DNA of 64,000 bases, taken from IMG/VR virus record IMGVR_UViG_3300021963_000033. One strand, given 5' to 3'. The notes beneath the pieces are model-generated. The model saw only the letters and a program-made list of their open reading frames with translations. It was not told the DNA's origin and searched no databases. Positions 54,630 through 64,000 of the stretch are shown here, piece by piece. Each line of letters begins with the position of its first letter. Position 1 is the stretch's first letter. This DNA comes from a virus (lineage: Duplodnaviria > Heunggongvirae > Uroviricota > Caudoviricetes). The position numbers and the translations under genes are program-made.

Positions 54630-55181
54630 TTACTTCCTTCTAATCAGTACAGCAGGTGCACCTACTGTGTTTTTCTTTTTATATTTTTTCTGCTGACTCT
54701 TGGTAAGTCCAGGTTCTGCTTGGTTTGCTTTTGTTGGATGCGGAATACCAATCCCTGCGACTCCACCACCACCAACACCCATCTCTTCAATAAACTGTTT
54801 GAATGACTGGATTTTTCCTGTCTCGAGTTCTTCAGCGAGATCCTTAACATCTTGGCGTTCTTGTGTCATGTAAAAAACTTCCTCTAATATTTCATCATCA
54901 TATTCAACCTGCTCTCTTACCAAAGCAACAGCAGCAGCGAATGATAGGAAGTTCTTATTGTCCATAGGAACCTTCTCGATGATTCGTTTTAATCTAAATA
55001 CCATTCTATGAAGCAGACTATATGCCTCTTGTTCTTCAGTGGTATTTATCTCGTTCTCTTTCTTCAATCGATTGCCATGCTTATCGATCAATCCTAGACG
55101 AAATGCATCCTGTTGATCGAAAGGTGTAGTCAACAACCTTAGAATACGATATGTTATCAGTGCATCTACAAATCTAGACAT
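54630..55181 (-). CDS. hypothetical protein
   Basis: ORF. Confidence 0.45.
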   Translation of the reverse strand: MSRFVDALITYRILRLLTTPFDQQDAFRLGLIDKHGNRLKKENEINTTEEQEAYSLLHRMVFRLKRIIEKVPMDNKNFLSFAAAVALVREQVEYDDEILEEVFYMTQERQDVKDLAEELETGKIQSFKQFIEEMGVGGGGVAGIGIPHPTKANQAEPGLTKSQQKKYKKKNTVGAPAVLIRRK

Positions 55182-55641
55182 TAAGTTCCCTTAACTTTGT
55201 AACTATGTTATGGTCTAAGTTGACTTCGACCATAGAACTGCTCGTTATTCTATTGAGAAAAACGAGGAATGTTTTCAGGTAGTGCCAATATTTCTCTTCT
55301 ATTTTGTAAAACAGCATGTTAGTTGCAGCATTACCAAATACATTATATAAAACAATTATATGATTTAAAATCAACCGTTCATTCAAGACATCAGTTTTTT
55401 CATATCTCTTAAACAATCGTTTTATATATTTGAATCTCTTCATGTCTTCTTCTAAATCAGGCATCCCATTACAACTGGGATTGTCATAATTTTTAATAGC
55501 ATAAATCAAGAAGGTATCATTATTTAGTTCAATCATGTTATGTAACTGTCGCCGTTCCCCCGAGGAAATACCAATTTCCTGCCAAGAACATAAGAGTAGC
55601 AGTTTTACCTGGAGCATTAAACACGATAGAAGAGTGTCCAA
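55174..55641 (-). CDS. hypothetical protein
   Basis: ORF. Confidence 0.4.
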   Translation of the reverse strand: MDTLLSCLMLQVKLLLLCSWQEIGISSGERRQLHNMIELNNDTFLIYAIKNYDNPSCNGMPDLEEDMKRFKYIKRLFKRYEKTDVLNERLILNHIIVLYNVFGNAATNMLFYKIEEKYWHYLKTFLVFLNRITSSSMVEVNLDHNIVTKLRELNV

Positions 55642-55990
55642 TATTCGAACTGATTGTCAATGCATGACTACCTGCATTGCTTACCATTACGATTACTTTA
55701 ATTTGCCCGTCAACCCCATCAGGGATAGTCAAAGTTCCAGCAGCATCAGGCGAATTGATTCTGGTAACCAGTGTAGTAACGCTGATGGCGCCAGCAGATG
55801 TTAATATCTGCACAGCGCCACCAAGAATCAGATCGTCTTCCAGAACTACGGGAACTGGAATGCCACCAAAAAAATTGGCAACAGTAACCTTATGATCATA
55901 TGGACTTGTGTTTGGTTTCACGAGATACAGGACGTCGGTCGGTGAAACTGACGTCACTGGAATCATGGCGGTTACTTTATTGTCTGCCAT
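55538..55990 (-). CDS. putative virion/structural protein
   Basis: Thr/Gly/Val-rich beta-type composition. Confidence 0.4.
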   Translation of the reverse strand: MADNKVTAMIPVTSVSPTDVLYLVKPNTSPYDHKVTVANFFGGIPVPVVLEDDLILGGAVQILTSAGAISVTTLVTRINSPDAAGTLTIPDGVDGQIKVIVMVSNAGSHALTISSNIGHSSIVFNAPGKTATLMFLAGNWYFLGGTATVT

Positions 55991-56001
55991 TCTAAATTAC
56001 C

Positions 56002-56844
56002 TTATGCAGTAACAGTAAGAGTTACTGCTGAAGAAGTAACGCTGTCCGCGCCTGTCGACGAAACGACACAACGGAACTTAGCATTATTCCAAGTCGAAGA
56101 GGTATCAGTCTTTGCGGCGAGAACGCCCAATGTTGCTGTGGTCGCACCAGTAAATACACCACCATTCGGGTTAATATCCGAGTAACTTGTTCCGCCGTTT
56201 ACTGAATGTTGCCACAGATATGTTAGAGTTGCAGTTTCAGGAACGATTGTTGCAACAACAGTACCAAGATTTACAATTGCTGCACCAGCAGCAGCAGTTT
56301 TAGTTGCAGTAGGTTGTGTTGCGATTGTGATCAAGGCATCCTCAAACACAACATCCTCAACGTCGCCAGTAATACCATTCTTTGACAGTGCAACGAGAGT
56401 TTCTACGATCTTGCGCGAACCAACTGTTCTGATCTTATTCCAACCAGTATGAGCAGCGCCCTCTTCCAATTTATTTGCTGCCATTTCTGCAACATCAACA
56501 CCAAATACTTGTGATGCTTGTGTGTTAGGATCGGATGCAATAGAAATTGGTTTTTCGCTTAACTGATATGTTTGAGCGCCAAAAGTAGTATAGTTAGCAT
56601 ACGCGGTCATGTATTCTAACTCTGGATCTGCTGGAATTACCGCAGCAACAGTGTCGCTCGTGATTGACTTGACGATCCACGAACGCTCTTGGTCAGCACC
56701 TGCTCCTGCAATTATTGCGCGGATGAAGTCACCCGCTGCAGCCTGTGTGGTGAATAGAGTATTTGAACCTGTTACTACACCAGTACTTGCGATTGACAGT
56801 GTGCCCGTCGCTGTTTTACTATCTGCTTTACCCCATGCGGACAT
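56002..56844 (-). CDS. putative virion/structural protein (Ig-like/fibre-like)
   Basis: Ala/Thr/Gly-rich repetitive beta composition. Confidence 0.45.
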   Translation of the reverse strand: MSAWGKADSKTATGTLSIASTGVVTGSNTLFTTQAAAGDFIRAIIAGAGADQERSWIVKSITSDTVAAVIPADPELEYMTAYANYTTFGAQTYQLSEKPISIASDPNTQASQVFGVDVAEMAANKLEEGAAHTGWNKIRTVGSRKIVETLVALSKNGITGDVEDVVFEDALITIATQPTATKTAAAGAAIVNLGTVVATIVPETATLTYLWQHSVNGGTSYSDINPNGGVFTGATTATLGVLAAKTDTSSTWNNAKFRCVVSSTGADSVTSSAVTLTVTA

Positions 56845-58589
56845 TAATTGTCTCCCTTTTTAAATTCTAGATCTACGTGATTGAAAAATTCTTTTCTTTT
56901 CGATTCATCAAGTTCCGAGGGAGACTTGATACCATATTCATTAAGAGCAGTTTCAAATGCAGTCTTATATGACTCGTTCATTTGCTTTACTGCATCAATA
57001 TCTTCTTTTGTCAGTTTATTAACTGCTCTCGAGATACCCTTTTGGCGTTTGCCCATGTCCTTAAAGTTTCCACTCGACTTCTCGTCAGCAGCAATCCTTA
57101 GTCCAGCACTAACACCTTTTGTTCCGATACGTTCTGCTGCTTTGTTAACATAAGAACCGAGAGTCTTCTTTGAGAGTTCGTCGATCTGCTCGAATGCTTC
57201 GTTAAAGTCAAGTTCTTCCTTGACTGCAGTCTTAGCGGCATGAATTGCATCATGTTGCTTTTGATCGATGATGCGAACTTTCTTGTTGTGTGAGAAACTG
57301 TTGTAGTGATTCAGAGCAGCATATGCCTGAGTCGGGTGAACAGGAATATATGACTTGCCGCCGTGATGCGCATTAGTGATTTCAACATACTGCTGATTTT
57401 CATCAATCTGCTCAGACTCTTCCTTAGTCAGTTTCTTGACAGCGGTTTCGATACCTTTGTGACGCTTCGATAACTTCTTTTCCATATGCTTCGAAGGACT
57501 ACCAGCACCGGCTTCTTTATACCCTTGTCTCCAGGCAGTTAGATCGATAGAGTTTTTCGCTTTGTTAATATAGCGACCTGCCATTGCCTTCGAGATCTCA
57601 TCGACCTGTTCGACTTCTTCTTTGGTCATCTTAGATTTATTCATCGATTGAATTTTATTCAACGCTTGGGCAGCAACCTTCTTACGTGTCACCGCGGAGT
57701 GCACCGAAGATGGGAAATGCGTATTAACTGCAGATTGAATAGCAGTATGGATACTGTCATGCTTACCTGCTCTAACATGTAGATGTGCAGTTTTTGCTAC
57801 ATCTGCCACTGATGCTTCGGTAATCTCGACTTCTTCCTTGGCAAGTTTATCAACTGCTCTCTTGATACCTGTCTCGCGATTCTTACGGAGACGCTCTGCT
57901 TTATCATAAGTTGCTTGGTTGAATCTTGAACCGAAGTGTCCTGTTTCACTGTCACCTTGGTATGCAGCGATCTTTGTCAGAGGAACATTCTTTGGACTCA
58001 TTACATTCTTTGGTTGTTCAGCACCTGATGCTTTCTTAACATAAGAACCCATGGTCTTCTTTGAGAGTTCGTCGATTACCTCGACTTCTTCATTCTTCTG
58101 AGCATTCATTGCCATGTCACCTTCGTAGTCATACTCTTGCTTTTCTTTTGCTTCATCGAGCATTGACTTACCGAGTTTCTTGCGAACTGCCTTTGAAAGT
58201 TTTGACGGATCGACACCGAAGTCTTTGGCAGCAGACATAACATGACTCTTACGAATGTTGTCACCGTAACGTTTAGTCAGATGAGCAACGATCGGAGCAT
58301 TTTCGTCGAGTTCAACTTCTTCAGCAGCATATGACTTAGCACCAGCACGTGCCTTATTGAATACTGTGTCATCACCGAGAACAATGAACATCATCGAGTT
58401 GATGAACATGTTCATTACATCACGCTCAGCACCCTGAAGTGACATACCAGCATGCATTCTAGAAATGGCACGCTTCAGAAGTGGCAACGAACTTGTTGGC
58501 ATCAAACCAGCGCGAACCAACTGGTCGAGTCTGCCATCCATATCCATCGCTTCAGTCATTGTTGACCTAATAGTTTGTTCTAGTCTCAT
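56844..58589 (-). CDS. large Lys/Ala-rich internal-repeat protein
   Basis: Three copies of a roughly 100-aa module (…DELSKKT(M/L)GSYV(K/N)KA…KRQKGI..AV(N/K)KLTKE…). Confidence 0.5.
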   Translation of the reverse strand: MRLEQTIRSTMTEAMDMDGRLDQLVRAGLMPTSSLPLLKRAISRMHAGMSLQGAERDVMNMFINSMMFIVLGDDTVFNKARAGAKSYAAEEVELDENAPIVAHLTKRYGDNIRKSHVMSAAKDFGVDPSKLSKAVRKKLGKSMLDEAKEKQEYDYEGDMAMNAQKNEEVEVIDELSKKTMGSYVKKASGAEQPKNVMSPKNVPLTKIAAYQGDSETGHFGSRFNQATYDKAERLRKNRETGIKRAVDKLAKEEVEITEASVADVAKTAHLHVRAGKHDSIHTAIQSAVNTHFPSSVHSAVTRKKVAAQALNKIQSMNKSKMTKEEVEQVDEISKAMAGRYINKAKNSIDLTAWRQGYKEAGAGSPSKHMEKKLSKRHKGIETAVKKLTKEESEQIDENQQYVEITNAHHGGKSYIPVHPTQAYAALNHYNSFSHNKKVRIIDQKQHDAIHAAKTAVKEELDFNEAFEQIDELSKKTLGSYVNKAAERIGTKGVSAGLRIAADEKSSGNFKDMGKRQKGISRAVNKLTKEDIDAVKQMNESYKTAFETALNEYGIKSPSELDESKRKEFFNHVDLEFKKGDN

Positions 58590-58622
58590 TAAATGATTCC
58601 TCTAATCTTTTATCTATTTATA

Positions 58623-59060
58623 TTACTTTGAGGTTGCGAGAAGCATCCAACCATGTTTAGCATGAACATCAAGACGCCCTTCAAGATGGTTAACAAGACC
58701 TCTGTTACCTTCTGCTTCTGCTAATTTATGTGCAGCATTCAATGCTTCGATGACTGCCGCATTAGCATCCATTAAATCTTGAAGCATCGAAGGGATATTG
58801 TTACCATTGATTGATGAATCTTTGATGGTTGCAATGCTAGACACAGTATCTAGTCCATATGGTGCATAATCATCTAGTGCACGAATCTGCTCAGCAATCT
58901 GATCAACCGCAGCGAATAGTTCTTCATAGATGTTCGAAAAGAAGTCATGCATTTGGGAGAAGTCTTTGCCTTCTACATTCCAGTGATGTCCATGTGCTTT
59001 GAAATACATCGCAAAAGTATTTGCGAGCACTATCTTCATTGATGTGTTCAGTTCATCCAT
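58623..59060 (-). CDS. Dps-like ferritin (DNA-binding ferritin-like protein)
   Basis: ANTFAMYFKAHGHHWNVEG...F...H..F....EE closely follows the Dps ferroxidase-site signature (HW.V.G..F..LH). Confidence 0.6.
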   Translation of the reverse strand: MDELNTSMKIVLANTFAMYFKAHGHHWNVEGKDFSQMHDFFSNIYEELFAAVDQIAEQIRALDDYAPYGLDTVSSIATIKDSSINGNNIPSMLQDLMDANAAVIEALNAAHKLAEAEGNRGLVNHLEGRLDVHAKHGWMLLATSK

Positions 59061-59061
59061 G

Positions 59062-59349
59062 TTAACAATTCCATTTTCTTAGTGCTAGTGCCTTGCGAGT
59101 CGGACGACCCTTTTCGTCTTTCATTGGACCATCGACGCCAGACATTCTAGCACAGAAAGACTTGCGACGATTCGCTGCTTTACTGCCTGCCTTCAACTTA
59201 GAAGGTTTGGTTGTTACTGGTGCCTGTAGATTGCCGCCATACTTGTTGTTGTAATAGTCGCGACCCTTCTGAGTTAGACCACCAGTAGAACTCTTATGAC
59301 CCTTGCCGTCAACTGCTGCTTCAGCAACAAATTCTTTAAATGAAAGCAT
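59062..59349 (-). CDS. hypothetical basic protein
   Basis: ORF. Confidence 0.45.
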   Translation of the reverse strand: MLSFKEFVAEAAVDGKGHKSSTGGLTQKGRDYYNNKYGGNLQAPVTTKPSKLKAGSKAANRRKSFCARMSGVDGPMKDEKGRPTRKALALRKWNC

Positions 59350-59350
59350 C

Positions 59351-61780
59351 TTACTTCCTCTTCTTCATTCTGCTGTTCTTGATTCTTGACTGCTCAAGTT
59401 TACGAACTGCTGGCATGACTCTGACAGATAGACGAGCAACCATTGGTGCCATACGCTTTATCTGTGCTTCGAGACGTGTCTTTTCAGATGAAGATACTGT
59501 CGAAATATCTCTATTACGCAACAGTCTCTTGTAAACCATGCGACGAGCAGCACGAATCGATCTCGATTTAAGTTTTTCTGGTGAAGACACACGCTTGATT
59601 GCAATATTTCTTGCCATCATTCGACGACTCTTAGAACGCATCGCATTGAATTTTTTCTTGAGACGACCAGCAGGAGTAATACCTTCCTCTAGTTCTTCGC
59701 CTTCTTCTGTTTCAGGTGAGTCATCATATTCGATTTCATCTTCGTCATAGAGATCTACTAAATCATCCCACGAAAGAGCAAGAACATCTGCTTCTAGTTC
59801 TTTTTCGAATGCTTCTTCATCGAAATCTTGGAAGCGAATATCTTCATCATCGTGTGAAATTACTGGTGAGATTTGATCACCCGAACCCTTGTGCGCTTCA
59901 TATGAATCAACATGGTGCGTTCCCATTTCAGCGGTGTCACACATCTGGCAGCAGTCTGGAGTTCCACAGTTCTCGTGAACACTTTCAGCAATTGTCTTCA
60001 TAAATTCAGCATGCGATTTGTGAGCACGCTTCTGCAGTGCTTCTTTTTCAATAGAAGACTTGGCAGAGTTATACTTGTTCATGAATACATCAGCATGGTT
60101 AGGGGCAATTGTGTGATGCTGACCATCTTGGAAGTGAACCTTAGAACCAATGCTTACTGCTTTGCGCAGTTGCATTACAAGGTGCGGCGGTTCTTTTGCT
60201 TTTTCTGCTTCTTTTTTCTTAGCAAGAGTTTTCTTTGCTCTTGCAATATTCTTAGGATCTGCCAGTGTTTGTCTGACTTTTGATTGGAACTTAGCACGTG
60301 CCTCTGCGCCCTTGGCAGAAATCTCAGCAAGATAACCTTCTCTGATTCCGCCACAGTATTGAGTAGTTACATCGTCGTAACGTGGATCGAATGAAGGAAT
60401 CTTATCTGCTGTCATACCTTCTTGTCCTGGAGTCATAGCAGCAAACTTCTTGCGTAGTTCTGGACGACCCCATTCGTTGTCCTTACCCAAGACTTCATCA
60501 AGTTGAACGCCCTCTGGAAGAATGCTCGACTTAGTGACCTTCGACTTGAACATCTTATGATCAACACCGACTCTCTTTGCTGCAACCTTGTGAGCATGAG
60601 CAGTGTTCTGCGCCTTAACGTGAACCGAACCAGCAGCGACTGCCTTGCCAGCATGTTGCTTAGGGAAGTCTACCTTCCACATGCCGTATGCTTCTTCGAT
60701 CTCAGATTCTTCTTTAATGCGACCTACTTTTTGATTAACAGCGGACATAAGTTTCTTATGATCTACGCCCGCAACACGAGCTGCGTGGACTACATGACTT
60801 TTACTAAGATTTTGTTTATCGCGCTTTATCAACATGTCGGCATACTTGTCTATGTTTACTTCTTCCTTGACAGCATTCTGACGAAGACTCTTGTAACGAC
60901 GGATAGCAGATTTGCGCTCCGAAGAACCACCAGGAGTTTTTATAAGATCAGCATATGCTTTCTTGATTTCTGGATTAGTTACGCCTTCATCAATTTCAAC
61001 TTCTTCATGCATCGCAGGATTATATGACTTCTTGAAGTGAGCGAATCTGCTAGTGATGTTTTTATCCGTTGGATTGTCAGCAATGTGACGACCATGCGCA
61101 GAGTCAAGGAAGTGTTTTACCATTACGTTTGGTTTCTTCGCATCTTGAAGATGTCCAGCATCGCCTACTAGTTTCTTAGCATAACGATGCATGGCAGAAT
61201 ATCTCTTATCTTTCTCAGCATCGTCGCGTGCTTCTACGTTACCATGGTAACCATAACCCTTGTTACCAGAAGTAACACGAGTCAGTGCTTCATCAAGTTC
61301 TGCTTCTTCATTAGTCTTCGTTGGAAGATGCGGAGTAACCTTAAACTTATGCAATGGACCTTTGGCAACTTGACCGTCTTTGTGGGCACGAATATGAACG
61401 CTTGCGCCATCGTTCTTTGCAACAATACCAGAATGCTTATCGCCATTTCCTGGGAGATAATAATCTACCTCGTCACCCTTCTTCATGTGCTTTGCCATGT
61501 CAGGGTGCATTAAACTGTGGGAAGCATAGTCACGATGACTATATGATGCTTCTTCGAGGTTAGTTTCTTCGGGTAGAATGAAACGCTGCGAATCGATCTT
61601 GGCGCCAGTCAATGGATCTTTCTTCAACTTTGCTTTCGCCTTCTCGATAATTTCTCTTGCTTCAGGTACACAGTTAGGAACCATTCTATCGCCTTTCTTT
61701 TTCATGCCGACACGCTTGTAACCCTTCCAGCAAGGATCGTCTTGTTTTCCTGGTTTGCCGATATACTTTTTTTCTGCCAT
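59351..61780 (-). CDS. very large repeat protein with an acidic tract and an extremely basic C-terminus
   Basis: Repeated VGVDHK(K/M)..S.V modules, an acidic EDEIEYDDSPETEEGEELEE tract, then a 120-aa Arg/Lys-rich tail. Confidence 0.5.
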   Translation of the reverse strand: MAEKKYIGKPGKQDDPCWKGYKRVGMKKKGDRMVPNCVPEAREIIEKAKAKLKKDPLTGAKIDSQRFILPEETNLEEASYSHRDYASHSLMHPDMAKHMKKGDEVDYYLPGNGDKHSGIVAKNDGASVHIRAHKDGQVAKGPLHKFKVTPHLPTKTNEEAELDEALTRVTSGNKGYGYHGNVEARDDAEKDKRYSAMHRYAKKLVGDAGHLQDAKKPNVMVKHFLDSAHGRHIADNPTDKNITSRFAHFKKSYNPAMHEEVEIDEGVTNPEIKKAYADLIKTPGGSSERKSAIRRYKSLRQNAVKEEVNIDKYADMLIKRDKQNLSKSHVVHAARVAGVDHKKLMSAVNQKVGRIKEESEIEEAYGMWKVDFPKQHAGKAVAAGSVHVKAQNTAHAHKVAAKRVGVDHKMFKSKVTKSSILPEGVQLDEVLGKDNEWGRPELRKKFAAMTPGQEGMTADKIPSFDPRYDDVTTQYCGGIREGYLAEISAKGAEARAKFQSKVRQTLADPKNIARAKKTLAKKKEAEKAKEPPHLVMQLRKAVSIGSKVHFQDGQHHTIAPNHADVFMNKYNSAKSSIEKEALQKRAHKSHAEFMKTIAESVHENCGTPDCCQMCDTAEMGTHHVDSYEAHKGSGDQISPVISHDDEDIRFQDFDEEAFEKELEADVLALSWDDLVDLYDEDEIEYDDSPETEEGEELEEGITPAGRLKKKFNAMRSKSRRMMARNIAIKRVSSPEKLKSRSIRAARRMVYKRLLRNRDISTVSSSEKTRLEAQIKRMAPMVARLSVRVMPAVRKLEQSRIKNSRMKKRK

Positions 61781-62292
61781 TACTTTTTCGCTTTCTTGTT
61801 TAGTTCGTCGATCGCTGTCTTGTTATCCGCAATCCATTTCTGAAGAGCAATCAATTGCTCGGCGTTTGCTTGACAGGTTGCGTAGTTTCCGATGATGGTG
61901 AAGAGGGCTTGATTGTCTGCAATACCTGAGGGGGACGCATCAGAACTTCTGGTGGCGTCGGCATTACTGCCTGTGGCACTAGCGTCGTGCGTGAACACCC
62001 AACCATTAGAAAGGACAGACTGAGAAGGCACAACAGTTTTGGCGACATCGCGATAGACATATTCTTTTTCCCTAATTGTATTTACACGGTCAACATATTG
62101 AGTCACCACTTCAGTGGAGATCTCTGAATTTTTCTTTTCCATATCTGCAGTTAATGTTGCATTCTTAGCAGCAAATCTTTGCAGTTCCACTTCGGCATGA
62201 GCAGATCCCTTCATGTAACCAAATACAAATACACCAAGTATCAAGGCAACACCTGCCAGTAACTTATATGGTAATGGGATCATACCGAACAT
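61780..62292 (-). CDS. i-spanin (Rz-like)
   Basis: N-terminal TM anchor followed by periplasmic coiled coil. Contains an embedded +1-frame lipoprotein ORF. Confidence 0.45.
   Translation of the reverse strand: MFGMIPLPYKLLAGVALILGVFVFGYMKGSAHAEVELQRFAAKNATLTADMEKKNSEISTEVVTQYVDRVNTIREKEYVYRDVAKTVVPSQSVLSNGWVFTHDASATGSNADATRSSDASPSGIADNQALFTIIGNYATCQANAEQLIALQKWIADNKTAIDELNKKAKK
61851..62060 (-). CDS. o-spanin (Rz1-like), embedded in the i-spanin gene
   Basis: Signal plus lipobox LMVGC followed by a Pro-rich mature region, wholly inside 61780-62292 in another frame. Confidence 0.45.
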   Translation of the reverse strand: MSIAMSPKLLCLLSLSFLMVGCSRTTLVPQAVMPTPPEVLMRPPQVLQTIKPSSPSSETTQPVKQTPSN

Positions 62293-62313
62293 ATCAATTT
62301 CCTTTTCCTATAT

Positions 62314-63141
62314 TTATTCTTCTGGATTTGCTATCAACAGCAAACTATATTCACAGGTTGCTGGAGTGCCAGAGTTTGATGCGATCATCGTAACATCTAT
62401 ATCAGTTTTTTCAGGTAGAGGAAGTGGAACAGCAAATGTATAATCAAATACAGATTGATACAATAAGAATGTCATTGCATGTTGGAACGACGAACCATAT
62501 GGACGATACTTGAAGTATCCTTTACCGTCATTACCCTTACCAATATTCGCAGTACCTTGCAACATGTATCCAGTATAACCAGCAGGAATGGTATATTGTG
62601 CGCCTTGAGCAATACCTGTTTGTGGTGCAATATGACCTACGCAGGTTCCATTTCTGTTAGCATGGATTTCACCAATGTTTGAATTCGTTGTTCCGCTATA
62701 GTGCAGGTAATTCAAACGGGCATAAGAAAGAGAGGTAACAACAGGAGTTGTGCCGTTAAGAGTTATGGTTTCAGTTTGTGATGCAAATGTAGATGCATTC
62801 AATCCCTGAATAAGAATTGTTCCTGTGTCGCTGGTAGAGGAACTAACAAGACTTAACGTTCCTGGTGTCGACCATGCCGACCAAGGATATATTTCAGAGT
62901 GCGACCAGAAACTTTCTTCTGTGCCATTAGCAAACGCTTCGTTGTATCCTGCCTTGAACACCCCTGACATACCAGGAACAAGACCACGAGCAACATTCAA
63001 TCCAAAGGTGCTATTTTCAGAAACAGCAGCGCCACCTGCTTGTGTGACAGGAAGAGGATTAGCAGTTGTTACCAACTCACCATCTGATGTTACAAGACCA
63101 TGGGTCTCATAGAATTCGTCATTAACTCTAATCTGTGCCAT
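62314..63141 (-). CDS. putative structural protein
   Basis: Gly/Thr/Ser-rich beta-type composition. Confidence 0.45.
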   Translation of the reverse strand: MAQIRVNDEFYETHGLVTSDGELVTTANPLPVTQAGGAAVSENSTFGLNVARGLVPGMSGVFKAGYNEAFANGTEESFWSHSEIYPWSAWSTPGTLSLVSSSTSDTGTILIQGLNASTFASQTETITLNGTTPVVTSLSYARLNYLHYSGTTNSNIGEIHANRNGTCVGHIAPQTGIAQGAQYTIPAGYTGYMLQGTANIGKGNDGKGYFKYRPYGSSFQHAMTFLLYQSVFDYTFAVPLPLPEKTDIDVTMIASNSGTPATCEYSLLLIANPEE

Positions 63142-63142
63142 C

Positions 63143-63754
63143 TTAGATTCCTAGAAATTGTTTGAATGAAATTGACTCTTGGATTCCAAGACCACGACGA
63201 ACATCTTTATACATCTCATGTTTGTGTGGTTTAGACATAGAACTTGGTGCCATGGAATGGAATGTTTTCTCATCACCTGAGGATGCTGCATTGCGCATCT
63301 TAGTTGCGGATGCACCAGCAACACCTTCGTCAGCATCAGTTCTAACTGCACCTACTGTCTTCACTTTTATCGAATCGAAATTGTAATGCCCATGGCGACC
63401 TTCGACATTATTATACTTGTTTATTAGGGAATGATAATCATGTGCTCTATCGGATCCAGCATGAACAACAATATTCTTCACACCTTGACTATGTAATTTA
63501 GACAAGTGGTGTAATAATGTCGGAGAACCTTTACTCAATGCTTCAACATTTGCAGAAGGAAATGCTCTCTTTAGATGCTTTACTTTAAGATCTGGAGTCA
63601 GTGGATTCTTTTTACCATCATGTGTTGCAGTTGTAAGAATAGTATGTTGTGCATTATCAGATCTTGCTGCATTTAAAACATGGTTGATCATTAGTGCATG
63701 CCCAGCATGAACAGGTGCGAATCTGCCGATAGTCAGATGGTGTGTTTCACTCAT
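63143..63754 (-). CDS. NMN adenylyltransferase-like nucleotidyltransferase (NadM-type)
   Basis: IGRFAPVHAGHALMI matches the GRFxPxHxGH motif of NadM/NMNAT cytidylyltransferase-fold enzymes. Confidence 0.5.
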   Translation of the reverse strand: MSETHHLTIGRFAPVHAGHALMINHVLNAARSDNAQHTILTTATHDGKKNPLTPDLKVKHLKRAFPSANVEALSKGSPTLLHHLSKLHSQGVKNIVVHAGSDRAHDYHSLINKYNNVEGRHGHYNFDSIKVKTVGAVRTDADEGVAGASATKMRNAASSGDEKTFHSMAPSSMSKPHKHEMYKDVRRGLGIQESISFKQFLGI

Positions 63755-64000
63755 TGTCCCTTACTCGCCTTGAACATTTCACTACGAGCGCGATTTGCTG
63801 CCGAGAATCCTTGACGATCGACAACCTTCAGTCCATTATAGACGTGCCCTTCGCCACCTGCTGCAGCACCTGCGATAGATGTAGTGAAACCACCTGCACC
63901 AGAAGAATCTAATCCTCTCGAAAGGTGATTAGTTGCCTGTTGCAAGTGGTGATGTATTTCTAAGGTATCATTGAATTGCTTTTGGTGTTTGGAGACATGA
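63751..64000 (-). CDS. hypothetical Gly/Ala-rich protein, C-terminal part; gene continues beyond window end
   Basis: The reading frame stays open past 64000. Confidence 0.4.
   Translation of the reverse strand, partial: HVSKHQKQFNDTLEIHHHLQQATNHLSRGLDSSGAGGFTTSIAGAAAGGEGHVYNGLKVVDRQGFSAANRARSEMFKASKGQ

Overview
The window reads as a virulent dsDNA bacteriophage region, probably a large myovirus-type phage. GC content is about 40%, and almost every gene is on the minus strand. I call five blocks.

(1) 1-23100 is an early-gene region of about 60 tightly packed small ORFs. Most are hypothetical; many are membrane or zinc-binding proteins. The region is driven by a family of at least 19 near-identical sigma70-type promoters (TTGACA-N17-TATAGT). 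Their leaders are conserved and end in an AAGGAA Shine-Dalgarno. Recognisable products are HNH endonuclease, two SAM methyltransferases, an FG-GAP lipoprotein, AhpD-like protein, peroxiredoxin, eukaryotic-type phosphomannomutase, a 2OG-Fe oxygenase, dCMP deaminase and a cytidylyltransferase.

(2) 23127-30590 is a translationally coupled operon. It encodes two cupin/2OG-type oxygenases, a QueC-like PP-loop amidotransferase, a sulfotransferase, a B12-binding radical SAM enzyme, a second radical SAM enzyme, a Coq4-like protein and a GT2 glycosyltransferase. I could not place this cluster in any known pathway and treat it as the top candidate for an undescribed modification system.

(3) 30629-39722 is a minus-strand tRNA array of about 23 canonical tRNAs plus 3-4 atypical ones. 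It is interrupted by three homing-endonuclease genes (DUF559-type, GIY-YIG on the plus strand, HNH), a beta-class DNA methyltransferase and a 1.15 kb ORF-free structured stretch.

(4) 40031-52324 is nucleotide and DNA metabolism. It holds SpeD (AdoMetDC), RNase H, nrdA, nrdB, a glutaredoxin, MazG, ThyX, a gp61-like primase and GIY-YIG/NUMOD3 proteins.

(5) 52365-64000 holds lysis and candidate virion functions. These are a holin-like protein, a three-domain endolysin, an embedded Rz/Rz1 spanin pair, a Dps-like ferritin, two large repeat proteins and a NadM-like NMN adenylyltransferase.

No rRNA, CRISPR or integrase was seen.
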